This document shows, piece by piece, positions 30,107 to 42,344 of a DNA stretch of 64,000 nucleotides. The stretch is from Octopus sinensis (lineage: Eukaryota), in the NCBI RefSeq assembly GCF_006345805.1, contig NC_043004.1, forward strand, positions 44,764,001 to 44,828,000, read 5' to 3'. The position numbers and the translations under genes are program-made. Positions within the stretch are counted from its first letter, which is position 1; every line of letters starts with the position of its first letter. The notes under the pieces are model-generated. The model was not told where the DNA came from. It made no database searches and worked only from the letters and a program-made list of their open reading frames with translations.

Positions 30107-30609
30107 TATAATATAGGGAGAGAGAGGCGGTGTGAGAGAGAGAAATGGAAAGAAAGCGAAAGAAAGACAGAGAGATTTGACCTCATAGATGTTTTATAAT
30201 GTGATATAGTTGTTTTGGAACAGTGAATCTCGAAGCCCATAAAGTTATAGAAAACACCATAGATAGCTTTCCACTGTCTCCTTTCAGAAGGGTTTTTCAA
30301 CCGAATATTTACATGTTATAGCTATATAGCTCTATGTGTTTCGAGATCCACTATTCCTGAAAAGAATTATATACACCTTTTAGCTTTACCTTTCATAGTC
30401 TACTTGTTTTAGTCATTCAACTGTGACCACTCTTGGACACCGTCTCAAGAGATATAGTGGAACAAAATGCTCTCAGCAATTATTTCTTTTAAGCGTGTTA
30501 AATATTTTAACATTCATTTCAACTGAACCATTAAGTTATGGGACGTAAACAAAATAACACCCGTTGGCAAGCGTCTACAAGACAATACAAGCACAAGGAT
30601 GCACACGCG

Positions 30610-30658
<49 letters not shown>

Positions 30659-30899
30659 CTGTGTGCGTGTGTGCTTGTATGTGTGTGCGTGTGTGAGTGT
30701 GTGTGCGTGTGTGTGTGTGTAAGTTTGCGTCTTTACGTATGTGTATGTATGTGTGCATATGTAAATACATACGCATATACACACACACATATATATATAG
30801 AAAGACAGACAGATATAAGACAGACAGACATATATACAGTCAGACAGACAGATGGATAGATAAATAGATAGATAGAAAGATAGATAGATAAATAGATAG

Positions 30900-30989
<90 letters not shown>

Positions 30990-32521
30990 GACGGGGTTAT
31001 TTCAGTTTCCGTGAACCAAATCTGCTCGCGAGGCTTTTGTCGTCCCGGGGATATAGTAGAAGACACTTGCCCAACGTGTTACGTCATGTGGTTCTTAACA
31101 GTTGATTAAAGTCATCTACCGTTATTTTAGGTTCCGCAATAGCTTCAACTTTTGTACGGTTATTGTCAGTCTATAATGACGAACACATTTTAATCCAATT
31201 CTAGATGGCCTCGGGACATTGATTTCATTGGTTAACGCAGATACGTGTCACACGTACAACGAAGTGATTCGCACGAAAAAAATAAATAAAAAGAACATCT
31301 CACAGCTGCGCGTCACTTGAAAGGGAAAATCGTAGTATAAATTAGATTTTGCTTCATTTTACGTATCGATTGACTTGCTTGGATATGTGCCACATAGCGC
31401 CCATCATAAGAACGTGTCTTCCTAAAGGTGTAATTGATTGTTAAGAGTCAATATTACGCTTAATTCTCCGCTCGGAATTTTGTGTTGAACGTCTTAATAT
31501 CTATGTGCTGACTGTACGTTCAACCAGCCTGAAGTTTCAAATCTACTTGCTTGGGAATAAGTTTGAAAGCTCGGAACTTGTATTTCTTTGCATACGGTAC
31601 AGCGTTAACGCTTTTCATTTCTTGTGGACCGGTAGTTTCACTATCATGAAATTCTGAGTTGCACATATTTGACAATGACAGTTACAGACGGTGGGCTTTT
31701 TTCTCAATAATGCTAATCTATTTCATCGTAATGTTGCTTTCCTTTTTGTCTTTTAATACCTACCCATATATATTTCGAAAGAGGTGCGGCATTACACTTG
31801 TAACTGTACACTAGTGAATGTATGTACAATGTTTATCAAGTTTTAAGTGTATCTTCAGTTAACACGATGTACGTCATTACTAGAATGTCAACTGATGCAA
31901 CATATGCTCTCTATATTACTTATTACCATAGAAATTTTCTATCTAAAGAACAGTTGTGTCTCTGCGCTCGCATTCATATTAAATTAATTATGTGATGCAA
32001 ATAGATATTTGGATGTGGATGTGGGTGTGGTTGGGGTTACCTGTTTAAAATCTTTCATTAACCATAGAAATTCAGCTGCCTTAAAAGTCGACCTCGGCGG
32101 AATTTGAACTCAGAATGTAGCGGCAGACGAAATACCGCTAAGCATTTCACCCGACGTGCTAAAATTTCTGCCAGCTCGCCGCCTTACACGCATATTTCCG
32201 ATGCAGCGGATATATATATGTCAAACATTAAGGCAAGGCAAATATCTCAAATCATATACAATATTATTACAGGTTTACCTTGCCTTAATGTTTGACGTTC
32301 TGTTTAACAATTATATATCCGCTGCATCGGAAATCTGCAATGGCTCCATAACTACTGTCTCGGCTATAACCTTAGAGCCCACGTTATCCATTACAGCACT
32401 TACCTAGCGTACCTAATTGTTTAGATCACCTGTGAACAAAACCCTCATACTTTACTAACATACATACATACATACATACATACATACATACATACATACA
32501 TACATACATACATACATACAT

Positions 32522-32883
32522 GATGGCTGCCCCCTCGTAATCGAGTATGACCATTGCACGAAGCTTAACTGTTATTGGTGCTGTGATCGAATGTGACATT
32601 TTAGCCCAGCTAAAAATCTACAATGTCTTGTACAAAATTGGCAACTAAAACCTTTACTGGTAATAGCCGGCTGTAGTTGTAACTGGGCTTCATGTACCTT
32701 TGCATGTCATTTAAGTCCTCCTGCTGAATTACACTCTCTTCCACATGCCCGACAGATATGATTAGTATGGTGTGTTACACCACCACCAGTGGCCAGGTTG
32801 CCACTCATCTGTCTCGCTTTATGACAACGAAGATGACTCTTGAGTCCAGCTTTACTGAGGCAGGGCCTTGCACAGACACTGCA
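32522..32883 (-). mobile_element. RTE-type LINE 3' end encoding three C2H2-like zinc fingers, flanked by (CATA)n
   Basis: CSVCARPCLSKAGLKSHLRCH; CRACGRECNSAGGLK*HAKVH; CQFCTRHCRFLAGLKCHIRSQH*. Followed by an ATGGTCATACTCGATTACGAGGGGGCAGCCA tail and (ATGT)n. Confidence 0.7.
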
Positions 32884-33660
32884 TGCATACATACATACAA
32901 ACATACATATACATACATACATACATACATACATACATACATACATACATACATACATACATACGTATATAGTTCACACGTCAAATACAATGACTCCCGC
33001 TTCTGAAAGATGTTTTGACGGACACAGTGCAAACATATGCTATGAAGGAACCCAACACGAAAGGCTAAGCCTTACACAAAGGTGAACATAGTATTTTCGG
33101 ACATCAGATTTTGTACAGTCGTTTCCTCTTTAGACATGCCCGTTCATTTATATTTAGATGTAAATTCTGAATAATCAAACAGAGACAGTCCGACGCCATT
33201 TTTGATTCACTACACTTCAATAGATAGAGCTGTTGTGAATATTGAAATATTGAGAGAGGGCGTGAAACAAATAAATATAATTATACTCAATAACCTGTAT
33301 TGAGTCACTTTCATGCCGTTTCGCAATAAACAACATATAATTTGAGCGTTTGTGGTGGCGTATATGTGTGCTTGAATGCGTAATAAACATACGTATTTGT
33401 ATTTTATATGCTTGTACGGGTATAGATGTAGTTGTGTTTGTGTGTGTATGTATGTGTGTAATTATTTCATTTTCCAATATCACGCACGCAAAATAAAGAA
33501 AATGTAACTAAAGTATTATTAAAAATACTGAACAGGAATTCAACCGGAAGACAAAAATATACGATAAAACAATCGTATATATATACATATATATATATAT
33601 ATATAATATATATATTATATATATATATATATATATTCTAGATTATATATATATATATGT

Positions 33661-33709
<49 letters not shown>

Positions 33710-33797
33710 TTATATATATATATATATATATATTTATCTATATATATATATATTATATTATATATATATATATATATATTTTAATATATATATATTT

Positions 33798-33886
<89 letters not shown>

Positions 33887-34351
33887 GTATATATATATAT
33901 AATATGTATATATATCACACCCCATAAAGAGATGGAGAGGAGAGAGACAGACAGAGACACAGAGACAGAGAGGCGAGAGAGAGATTCAGAAGCAGAAGAA
34001 AAAATAGCAATGATATTAGCAAGAAAACAAAATTGTAATTCAATATAGGAGGCTTAGGATGAAAGATGAACAAGAATTCATCGAAACAAAAGAAAGATTA
34101 TGCCACCAGGTGAAACCAAAAAACAAAAACAAAACAAAAAAAACAATTGAGACGACGTTGGTTTGAGAGAAGAAAGAGGTAATTCAAACAATTTAAATAT
34201 TCCTAAAAGATTAACAAAAACTTTGTAAAAGAGAAAAAAAACATCAAAAGCAGAAATCTTCCAGACGAAGAATAACGTATAAATATTTTGGAGAAAAATG
34301 CGGTAACTAGAAGAGTAGACCAAAGTACATACGTACAAAGATAGATATATT

Positions 34352-34401
<50 letters not shown>

Positions 34402-34570
34402 TATATAATATAATATATATATATATAGTATGTATGTATGTATGTATGTATAATATATACGTGTGTATATGTATGTATATATATGCATATATATACGTAT
34501 ATATACACACATATATATATGTATACGTGTATATATATATAAATATATATATATATATACATATATCTAA

Positions 34571-34601
<31 letters not shown>

Positions 34602-34743
34602 CGTTTATATATACATCTACTGTTCTTTATTACTAACGGACATACGTGGTTGTGAGAGCGTGCTTAGGTGTTCATGACATACGTTCATACATACATATAT
34701 ACATAAACAGATACATACATACATACATACATACATACATACA

Positions 34744-34775
<32 letters not shown>

Positions 34776-35092
34776 CATATACATATATGAGAATAAAGAT
34801 AAACATGTTTGTTTGTGTGTGAGTATACACGCGCGCGCAGACGCAGCCGTTGATATTTGAGCATGCGAGAAAAAGAATTCAGTATTACAGTAGAGTATAA
34901 TAATTTTTCTGCGCTTGATTTAGTGTTCTGTTAATCGAGCCATTTCTTCGGACAGGAAAAACAAAGTTGGATGACTAGGCAGGACTATTTCCCGTGATAA
35001 TGATTAGAATGTAAGATACGACTGGGGGAATAGTCAGACTGTGAATAGAAAGAAGTTTATGATCACCTAATCTATCTATCGTACATAGGCGT

Positions 35093-35992
35093 AGGAGTGG
35101 CTGTGTGGTAAGTAGCGGAGTCTATCATTGAGATTGTGCCACCTCCTTTCCTCAGCAGGGAAAGGAAGGCTCGTTTTTCCTGCGTAGTAGCCATACTGAA
35201 AGAAACAGAATGGAAGACGCGTACGAAAGGTATAGTGACAGGTACCTTTGTATCCGGCCAGGGGTTGGTTAACTTTTTCAGTTACCACCTCGGTAGTAAG
35301 ATCAGGCTGGAGAAGAGGTGTCTGTCACGAGATATGTTTGCGAAAAGATGGAAGTCTGTAGCTTGCAAGCTGGGTATATCTGGCACCAATAAGTGTGGCC
35401 GGATCAAGAAGTAAAGGTTCTACCAGATGGCTGGGATCCGTGCCCTACTGTATAATACCAAATTTTAAAAACTTTATATTGTAAATATTATATATATTTC
35501 ATTGTAAATACCAACGTTTTAAGCTACTACACCCTATATGTTTGTCTGTATTTGTATGTCCCCTCTATGTAACGCTTTAATGGCGAATCTTTCATGAATT
35601 AAAGTAGCTTGCTTACCAACCACATGGTTCCGGGTTCAGTCCCGCTGCGTGGCACCTTGGGCAAGTGTCTTCTACTACAGCCTCAGGCCGACCAAAGCTT
35701 TGTGAGTGGATTTGGTAGACGGAAGCTGAAAGAAGCCCGTCGTATATATGTCTATACATATATGTGTGTGTGCGTGTGTGTGTATATATTTTTGTGTGTC
35801 TGTGTTTGTCCCTCAACATCGCTTGACAACCGATGCTGGTGTGTTTACGTCCCCATAACTGAGCGGTTCATCAAAAGAGACCGTTCGAATAAGTACTAGG
35901 CTTACAAAGAATAAGTCCTGGAGTCGATTTGCTCGACTAAAGGCGGTGCTCCAGCATGGCCACAGTCGAATGAGTGAAACAAGTAAAAGAGT
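35093..35992 (+). mobile_element. SINE B interrupted in its head by a LINE fragment
   Basis: Head GGAGTGGCTGTGTGGTAAGTAGC at 35093-35116 resumes as AAGTAGCTTGCTTACCAACC at 35602. Confidence 0.9.
35117..35601 (+). mobile_element. Tx1/L1-clade LINE 3' fragment
   Basis: VVAILKETEWKTRTKGIVTGTFVSGQGLVNFFSYHLGSKIRLEK..LS...FAKRW resembles Tx1 ORF2 C-termini. Followed by an AT-rich 3' UTR and flanked by the AAGTAGC duplication. Confidence 0.65.
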
Positions 35993-36446
35993 ATATTCAC
36001 GGCGGTGCATCATCATGGCCGCATCTCTGAGCTGAAACTACAATGAAAAAGAAATGTATACATAGAGGAAAAATAGGGTAAGTTAAAGGAAAAAGAGACA
36101 AAAAGTAAATCGTCTAAGTATTTAGGAAACAGAAATAGGGACAGCTACGTGCGGACAGCGAAGCAGTCGTGGTCAATGAAAAATAAATATGTGGACTACG
36201 CCAAAAGTCTCTATCTATGTTACGGTGGTCATTCTGAACTAGTGAAACTAAGTATATATCTTAGGAATAACAATTACCTGTTACTTCAGTATATACTACT
36301 GGTGTATATACTACTGTGGTAAGAACAACAGTGGGGGGAAAAGACTAAAGCACAATCAGAAAAGATGATTCATTAGGGAACAGAATGGAAAATATTCCAT
36401 CTCGTGATGAGTTTCAGAGAGATACGACAAAGCTCGAAAGTAATTA

Positions 36447-37430
36447 GTTCTTCTTCTTCTTCTTCTTCTTCTTCTTCTTCTTCTTCTTCTTCTTCTTCTT
36501 CTTCTCCTTCTCCTTCTACTTCTTTTTCTTTTTCTTCTTTTTTTTTCTTCCTCTACTTCTACTTCTTCTTCTCCTTCTCCTTCTCCTTCTACTTCCTCTT
36601 CTTCTACTTCTCCTTTCTTTCTCTTCTTCTTTTTCTTCCTCTACTTCTTCTTCTTCTCCTTCTCCTTCTCCTTCTCCTTCTACTTCCTCTTCTTCTACTT
36701 CTCCTTTATTTCTCTTCTTCTTTTTCTTCCTCTACTTCTTCTTCTTCTTCTTCTTCTACTTCTCTTCTTCTTTTTCTTCCTCTTCTTCTTTTTCTTCCCC
36801 TTCTTCTTTTTCTACTTCTTCGTCTTCTTTCTCTTCTTCTTCTTTTTCTTCTACTTCTTCTTCGTCTTCTCCCTCCTCTCCTTCCTCTTCTTCTACTTCT
36901 TCTTTCTCTTCTTCTTCTCCTTCTTCCTCTTCTTTCTCTTCTTCTTCTTTCTCTTCTTCTTCTACTTCTTCTTCTTCTACTTCCTGTTCTTTCTCTTCTC
37001 TTCTACTTCTTTCTCTTCTTCTTCCTCCTCTCCTTCCTCTTCTTCTTTATTTCTTCTTTCTCTTCTTCTTCTTCTTCTACTTCTTCTTCTTCTACTTCCT
37101 CTTCTTTCTCTTCTTCTACTTCTTCTCTTCTTCTTCCTCCTCTCCTTCCTCTTCTTCTTCTACTTCTTCTTTCTCTTCTTCTTCTACTTTTCTTTGTCTT
37201 CTTCCTCTTCTTCTTCTCCTTCTTTCTCTTCTTCTACTTCTTCTTTCTCTTCTTCTTCTTCTCTTTCTTCTTCTTCTTCTTCTGCTGCTGCCGCTGCTTC
37301 TTTTGCTACTGCAACTTCTCATCGTCCTCCTCCTCGTCCTTCTCTTCCATTTTCTTCTTTTGTTCATCTTCTCCGTTTTTCTTCTTTTCTTTTTCTTTTT
37401 CATCTCCCCTTCATCTCCCCACTCACTTCT
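36447..37430. repeat. About 1-kb (CTT)n-based polypyrimidine tract
   Basis: Direct reading; source of the 342-aa S/F/L ORF. Confidence 0.95.
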
Positions 37431-37804
37431 GATCTCTGACATCCACATCGTTTGTAAACACATTATATCTAAGTCTATATTATCGAATGCTGTTTCCTCT
37501 TTTCAAGTAGGAGTGATTTGAGATCGTGCTGGCTATTGCTTCTGGCATTTCCAGCAACCACGTTCACTATCGTTTCGTTTCAAACTGTTACAAATATAAA
37601 CAAGACTTTCTAATAAGGAACTGTATTCCTGGTAACTACGTTTAACCTAACGGAAGTACTTTCTGTCAGAAGTCTTCGGACCCAATAATGGAACAAAAAA
37701 ATTAATTTACATTTTCTAATAGACAATACTTCAATTTTGCATAGAAACGTAAACAAATACCAACAGTCGTTACTTATTTGCCATAAGGGCGACAGAGGAG
37801 ATTG

Positions 37805-37872
<68 letters not shown>

Positions 37873-38075
37873 TCAAAAACACCTCGATCAAGAAAAATGT
37901 CAAACAAAACTTGACAGCAAAAGGAACCACTAGAACAGCATCCACTAAATTGAAATCACCTTAAGCAGAGTTATTGGCAAGTTTAAGTGTTCACGTGACC
38001 TCTTAAGAAGAAACTTGAAATGTGATTTATATTGGATAATCAGTGTTGTTAGCGTCACTTTTTAACAGAATATTG

Positions 38076-38121
<46 letters not shown>

Positions 38122-38122
<1 letters not shown>

Positions 38123-38215
38123 GCATCACAACAAATCACAGCACATACCCAAGGCACACAGAGCTGCGCTCGGTAGTGAAGTGAAAGCACGCTATAAAAA
38201 TAAAACTACTGAATA
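38122..38215 (+). mobile_element. Probable 3' UTR of a (TAA)n-targeting RLE LINE (R4/Dong-like), with (AAT)n on both sides
   Basis: Unique 90-bp insert between two AAT arrays, ending AATAAAACTACTG-(AAT)n. The assignment is inference. Confidence 0.45.
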
Positions 38216-38224
38216 ATAATAATA

Positions 38225-38267
<43 letters not shown>

Positions 38268-38274
38268 TAGCTTG

Positions 38275-39025
38275 TATTTTAGGCACAAGGCCCAAATTTT
38301 AGGGGAGGGTACTAGTCGATTGCATAGACCTTAATGCTTAAATGGAATTCAATTTATCGACCTCGAAAGAACGAAAAACTAAGTTGGAATTTGAACTCAG
38401 AACATGAAGACACGAAGTGATGCTAAAGAATTTGGACAGGGCGCTAATATTTTGCCTGCTCGCCGCTTTAACAACTACAGCAAAACTAATAATGTTTTCT
38501 ATTTATCTATTATTTATGCGCCCTTATCAAGCCTAGCCAGGCTCATGGGCCCGGTCTCCCGGTTCCTATGGCGTATGTGTTCCCCCCAGCTGGAGGGGAC
38601 GTCAGTCCATCGCAGCGTTACTCAAGAAACAGGAAGAAAGAGTGAGAGAAAGTTGGGGCGAAAGAGTACAACAGGGGTCGCCACCACCCCCTTCCGGAGC
38701 CTCGTGGAGCTTTAGGTGTTTTCGCTCAATAAACACACACAACGCCCGGTCTGGGAATCGAAACCGCGATCCTCCGACCGCGAGTCCACTGCCCTAACCA
38801 CTGGGCCATTGCGCCTCCAATGCTTTCTATTACAGGCACATTACCTGAAATTTTGGAGGGGAATGAGCTAATCTATTACATCGACCCCAATGGTACTTAT
38901 TTTATCGACTCCAAAAGGAGGGAAAGTAAAGTAGACATTGGCGGAACTTGAACTCAGAACTTTGAGATGGCTGAAATGCCATTAAGCATTTTGCCCGGCG
39001 TGCTGACGATTCTACCAGCACGCTG
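38275..39025 (-). mobile_element. SINE A remnant + SINE D (38515-38818) + SINE A remnant
   Basis: Family motifs as above; D head GGAGGCGCAATGGCCCAGTGGTTAGGGC. Confidence 0.85.
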
Positions 39026-39774
39026 TTTTAGGAACAGTAGTAACAATATAAACGAAAATACAAAGCGAATCGTAGCAGTTGCACGAGGATGTATGCTTGT
39101 ATTGAAGGCAACACTCTTAAACATGTAATTAACAGGTAATTATTATTATATAATTACGACAATTCTCGCAAAGTCATTTGCATAAACATCTAAATAGAAT
39201 GCTGATTTAACCTTAAAACAAATCAGCATAACGTGTTGCAAAGGAAAAAATTAAAAGATTTCCTGCATACAACCATCTCTCTATATATTCTTTCATTTTT
39301 TTTTTTTCATTCTTTTACTTGTTGCAGTCATCTAACTGCGGCCACGCCGGAGCACCACCTTAAAAAGGTTTTAGTCGAAAAAAGTTTGCCCCAGGACCTA
39401 TTATGTTTTTAAGACTAGTACTTATTCTATCAGTTCTCTTTTGCCGAACAGTTAAATTACGGGTACGTAAACACACCAACACCGGTTGTCAAGCGGTATT
39501 AGTGGGGACTAGCACAGGCACAAAGACACGCGTACATACATACATACATACATACATACATACATACATACATACATACATACATAACATATGTATATAT
39601 ATATATATATTATATATATATATATAATTATATATATAATATAATATGTATATATATATTATATATATTATAATATATAATATAATATTAATTTCATTGA
39701 TAAATTTATAATATTTATAGTTTTAGCCATTTTAAATTTATTTTTTTAAAATTTGATATTTTTAGATGTGAAAT

Positions 39775-39820
39775 CCACTTGATGAATGTCATGTTTGAAG
39801 ACAGGAAACAATTGTAGTGG
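39775..39820 (+). ncRNA. Hammerhead ribozyme-like motif (C3 to U), palindromic stem III
   Basis: CCAC-TTGATGA-A-TGTC(atgtttgaa)GACA-G-GAAA-CAATTGT-A-GTGG; perfect 4-bp stem I and GUA cleavage triplet. Confidence 0.65.
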
Positions 39821-40137
39821 CGATTTATTTACTTTATATTAAAATTTTTGTATGTTTTGATTAATGTTTCCTTGTTTGATTTACAAAATAGTGGTTTTTT
39901 CTCTAATTAATATTATATAATATTTTACTATAAAATTGGATTCAATCCTAAATCTGATTTTTTCCCTGTAAATTTGGATTTATTCCCTAATATTTTTTAT
40001 ATATATTATATAATATATATATATTATATATATATATATATAATATATATTATATATATATACAATATGTGACCGCGTGTTTATCGTTGGCTATTTTTTT
40101 CCTCCGTCTTCCCTTCCTTGGATCTTTCCTTTTCCTA

Positions 40138-40176
40138 TGTTTTCTGACGAAGAGCTCCGCTCGAAACGTTAAATCC
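40138..40176 (+). ncRNA. Minimal hammerhead ribozyme motif with intact core
   Basis: TGTTTT-CTGACGA-A-GAGC(tcc)GCTC-GAAA-CGTT-AAATCC; stem I is short (3 bp). Confidence 0.7.
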
Positions 40177-40268
40177 TCCTTTCTTTCTTTCCTTTCCTGA
40201 GCGTCCAGTAACTTATACTTGTTCCACGTCCTCGCGTTGTGTTTTCTTTTTGTGTTTTCATGTTTGGA

Positions 40269-40311
<43 letters not shown>

Positions 40312-41084
40312 ACGGGCTTCTTTCATTATCCGTCAACCAAATCCACTCACAAGGCTTTGGTCAACCCCGATGCTATGACAATTACCCAAGGTGCCATGAA
40401 GTGGGACTGAACCCGAGCAATCTTTTTACCACAGAGTCATATAGGTTTTCTTTTAGAGACAAATAAAAAGCCATTTTTCTTTATCTACGTACGGAGCAAA
40501 ATACGAACAGGACTAAGAACTATACTGTCTCGTAGAACTCAAATACATCAAACTTAATATTCTGTTATGATTCGGGCCTTGTGCCTAGAGTAGAAAAGAT
40601 TATATTTCATGATATTCTTTGTCACTTAGTTATTTTGTTTATAAATTGAATATGATTTGCAGTAATATTAAAAGATAATAGACGGAGATAGAGTCGTATA
40701 AAAACATTAACAGCTAAAAACTACAGATATGAACATCTAAAACCACAGGCACAAACACAGACGAAGGAAAATACTACGCAATCCATACCAAGTATAAAGT
40801 GATTGTGTGGAATCTGAAAGCAACTAATTTTTCTTTGTCTAATATTTATGCTGATTGTAATCAGTTATCAGTAAAATTGAATGAATAAAGTCATATATAT
40901 ATATATATATATATACAAAATGTTAAATACAAGGTAAAAATACTAATTTTTTAAGAGTGGCCAGCATAAATATGTCTGTAGACTGTAACTATTATTTAAT
41001 TATATGTGTGTATAAGAGTTATACACTAAGGGATACACACTTATACACACATGTAATATAATATTCTATATATATACACATAAG

Positions 41085-41246
41085 ATTATGATTAAGGGTA
41101 TCTAAGAGCTACCACCATGCTAGATATAGCAGCCAAAACTTGACTCTAAAACCACATTAAATGTTGTTTTAATGTAGTTTTTTAGAGTCAAGTTTTGGCT
41201 GCTATATCTAGCATGATGGTATCTCTTAGATACCCTTAATTATAAT
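41085..41246. mobile_element. Near-perfect 160-bp palindrome (MITE-like)
   Basis: ATTAAGGGTATCTAAGAGCTACCACCATGCTAGATATAGCAGCCAAAAC... and its reverse complement, with a loop of about 6 nt. Confidence 0.9.
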
Positions 41247-41344
41247 TCTAATAATAATTATTACCTATGAAGTTTTTATTCTCATGCTAGCCACTTGATA
41301 TAATCGGTATTTGAAATAACGATCTTATCCTTATTTATATAAAT

Positions 41345-41760
41345 TTATATACTCTTTTACTCTTTTACTCTTTTACTTGTTTCAGTCATTTGACTGCGGC
41401 CATGCTGGAGCACCGCCTTTAGTCGAGCAAATCGTACCCGGGACTTATTCTTTGTAAGCCCAGTACTTATTCTATCGGTCTCTTTTGCCGAACCGCTAAG
41501 TGACGTGGACGTAAACACACCAGCATCGGTTGTCAAGCAATGCTAGGGGGACAGACACAGACACACAAACACACACACATACACATATATACATATATAC
41601 GACAGGTTTCTTTCAGTTTTCGTCTACCAAATCCACTCACAAGGCATTGGTCGGCCCGGGGCTATAGCAGAAGACACTTGCCCAAGATGCCACGCAGTGG
41701 GACTGAACCCGGAACCATGTGGTTGGTTAGCAAGCTACTTACCACACAAGCCACTCCTGT
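41345..41760 (-). mobile_element. SINE B, full length
   Basis: Head, microsatellite and tail present. Confidence 0.9.
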
Positions 41761-42344
41761 ATATACACATACATATTTACAGATATATATATATATAATT
41801 TTTTCCCTTTTTTTATTCTTATATATAAACATATATGTACATTTTTACTCCGGCAACCCGAGTGATATTTGATCCCTTTATACAATGTTTGAAACTCGGT
41901 TTGGTATCTGGAATTGGGTTGCTTACCGCACGGGCAAGTAAAAGCTATTCAAGCTTAGTTGGTAATCTATCTAAGAAAAGGAAAACTCCGAAATATAACC
42001 AAGGCCTTGGAAGTTCCTGGTTTTGTCAATTTTCATGCCACCCCGGCGAAAGTCTTCTTGGGTCAATAGGTGGGGCTAGTGAAGTGCAAGCTACACCTAA
42101 TGAAAATCATTCATCCGCACAGGTACTTCCTGTACACCAAATCTTAGTAAAATCATTGAATTGGTTGGTTGTTGGTTGGTTGGTTGGCTGGTTGGTAGAA
42201 ACCTAAAATTGCACATGTAATTTACTCTAAAATGTCTCAAACAGATTCAGTAAATGGCAGAAAAGGCTTGGGAACGTCAGGAGAACAGGTCTGGCTCGGC
42301 AGTGACCCAGTGTATCACAGGCTGGTCCCGGTCGTCATCTTGCA

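Larger units (their letters stand above)
39310..40435 (-). mobile_element. SINE B split by an expanded internal microsatellite carrying PLE-end fragments
   Basis: 3' part at 39310-39530 and 5' part at 40310-40435, same strand and in the correct order. Confidence 0.7.

Noticed and set aside
32572-32883. Host C2H2 zinc-finger gene
   Set aside because: Internal stop, no TGEKP linkers, no splice context, and a retroelement-like tail with terminal repeat.
36404-37432. 342-aa ORF, plus the 404-aa ORF at 45164-46378 and the many IY/VC/HT/LSIY ORFs
   Set aside because: All are translations of simple repeats that lack stop codons in some frames; no domain content.
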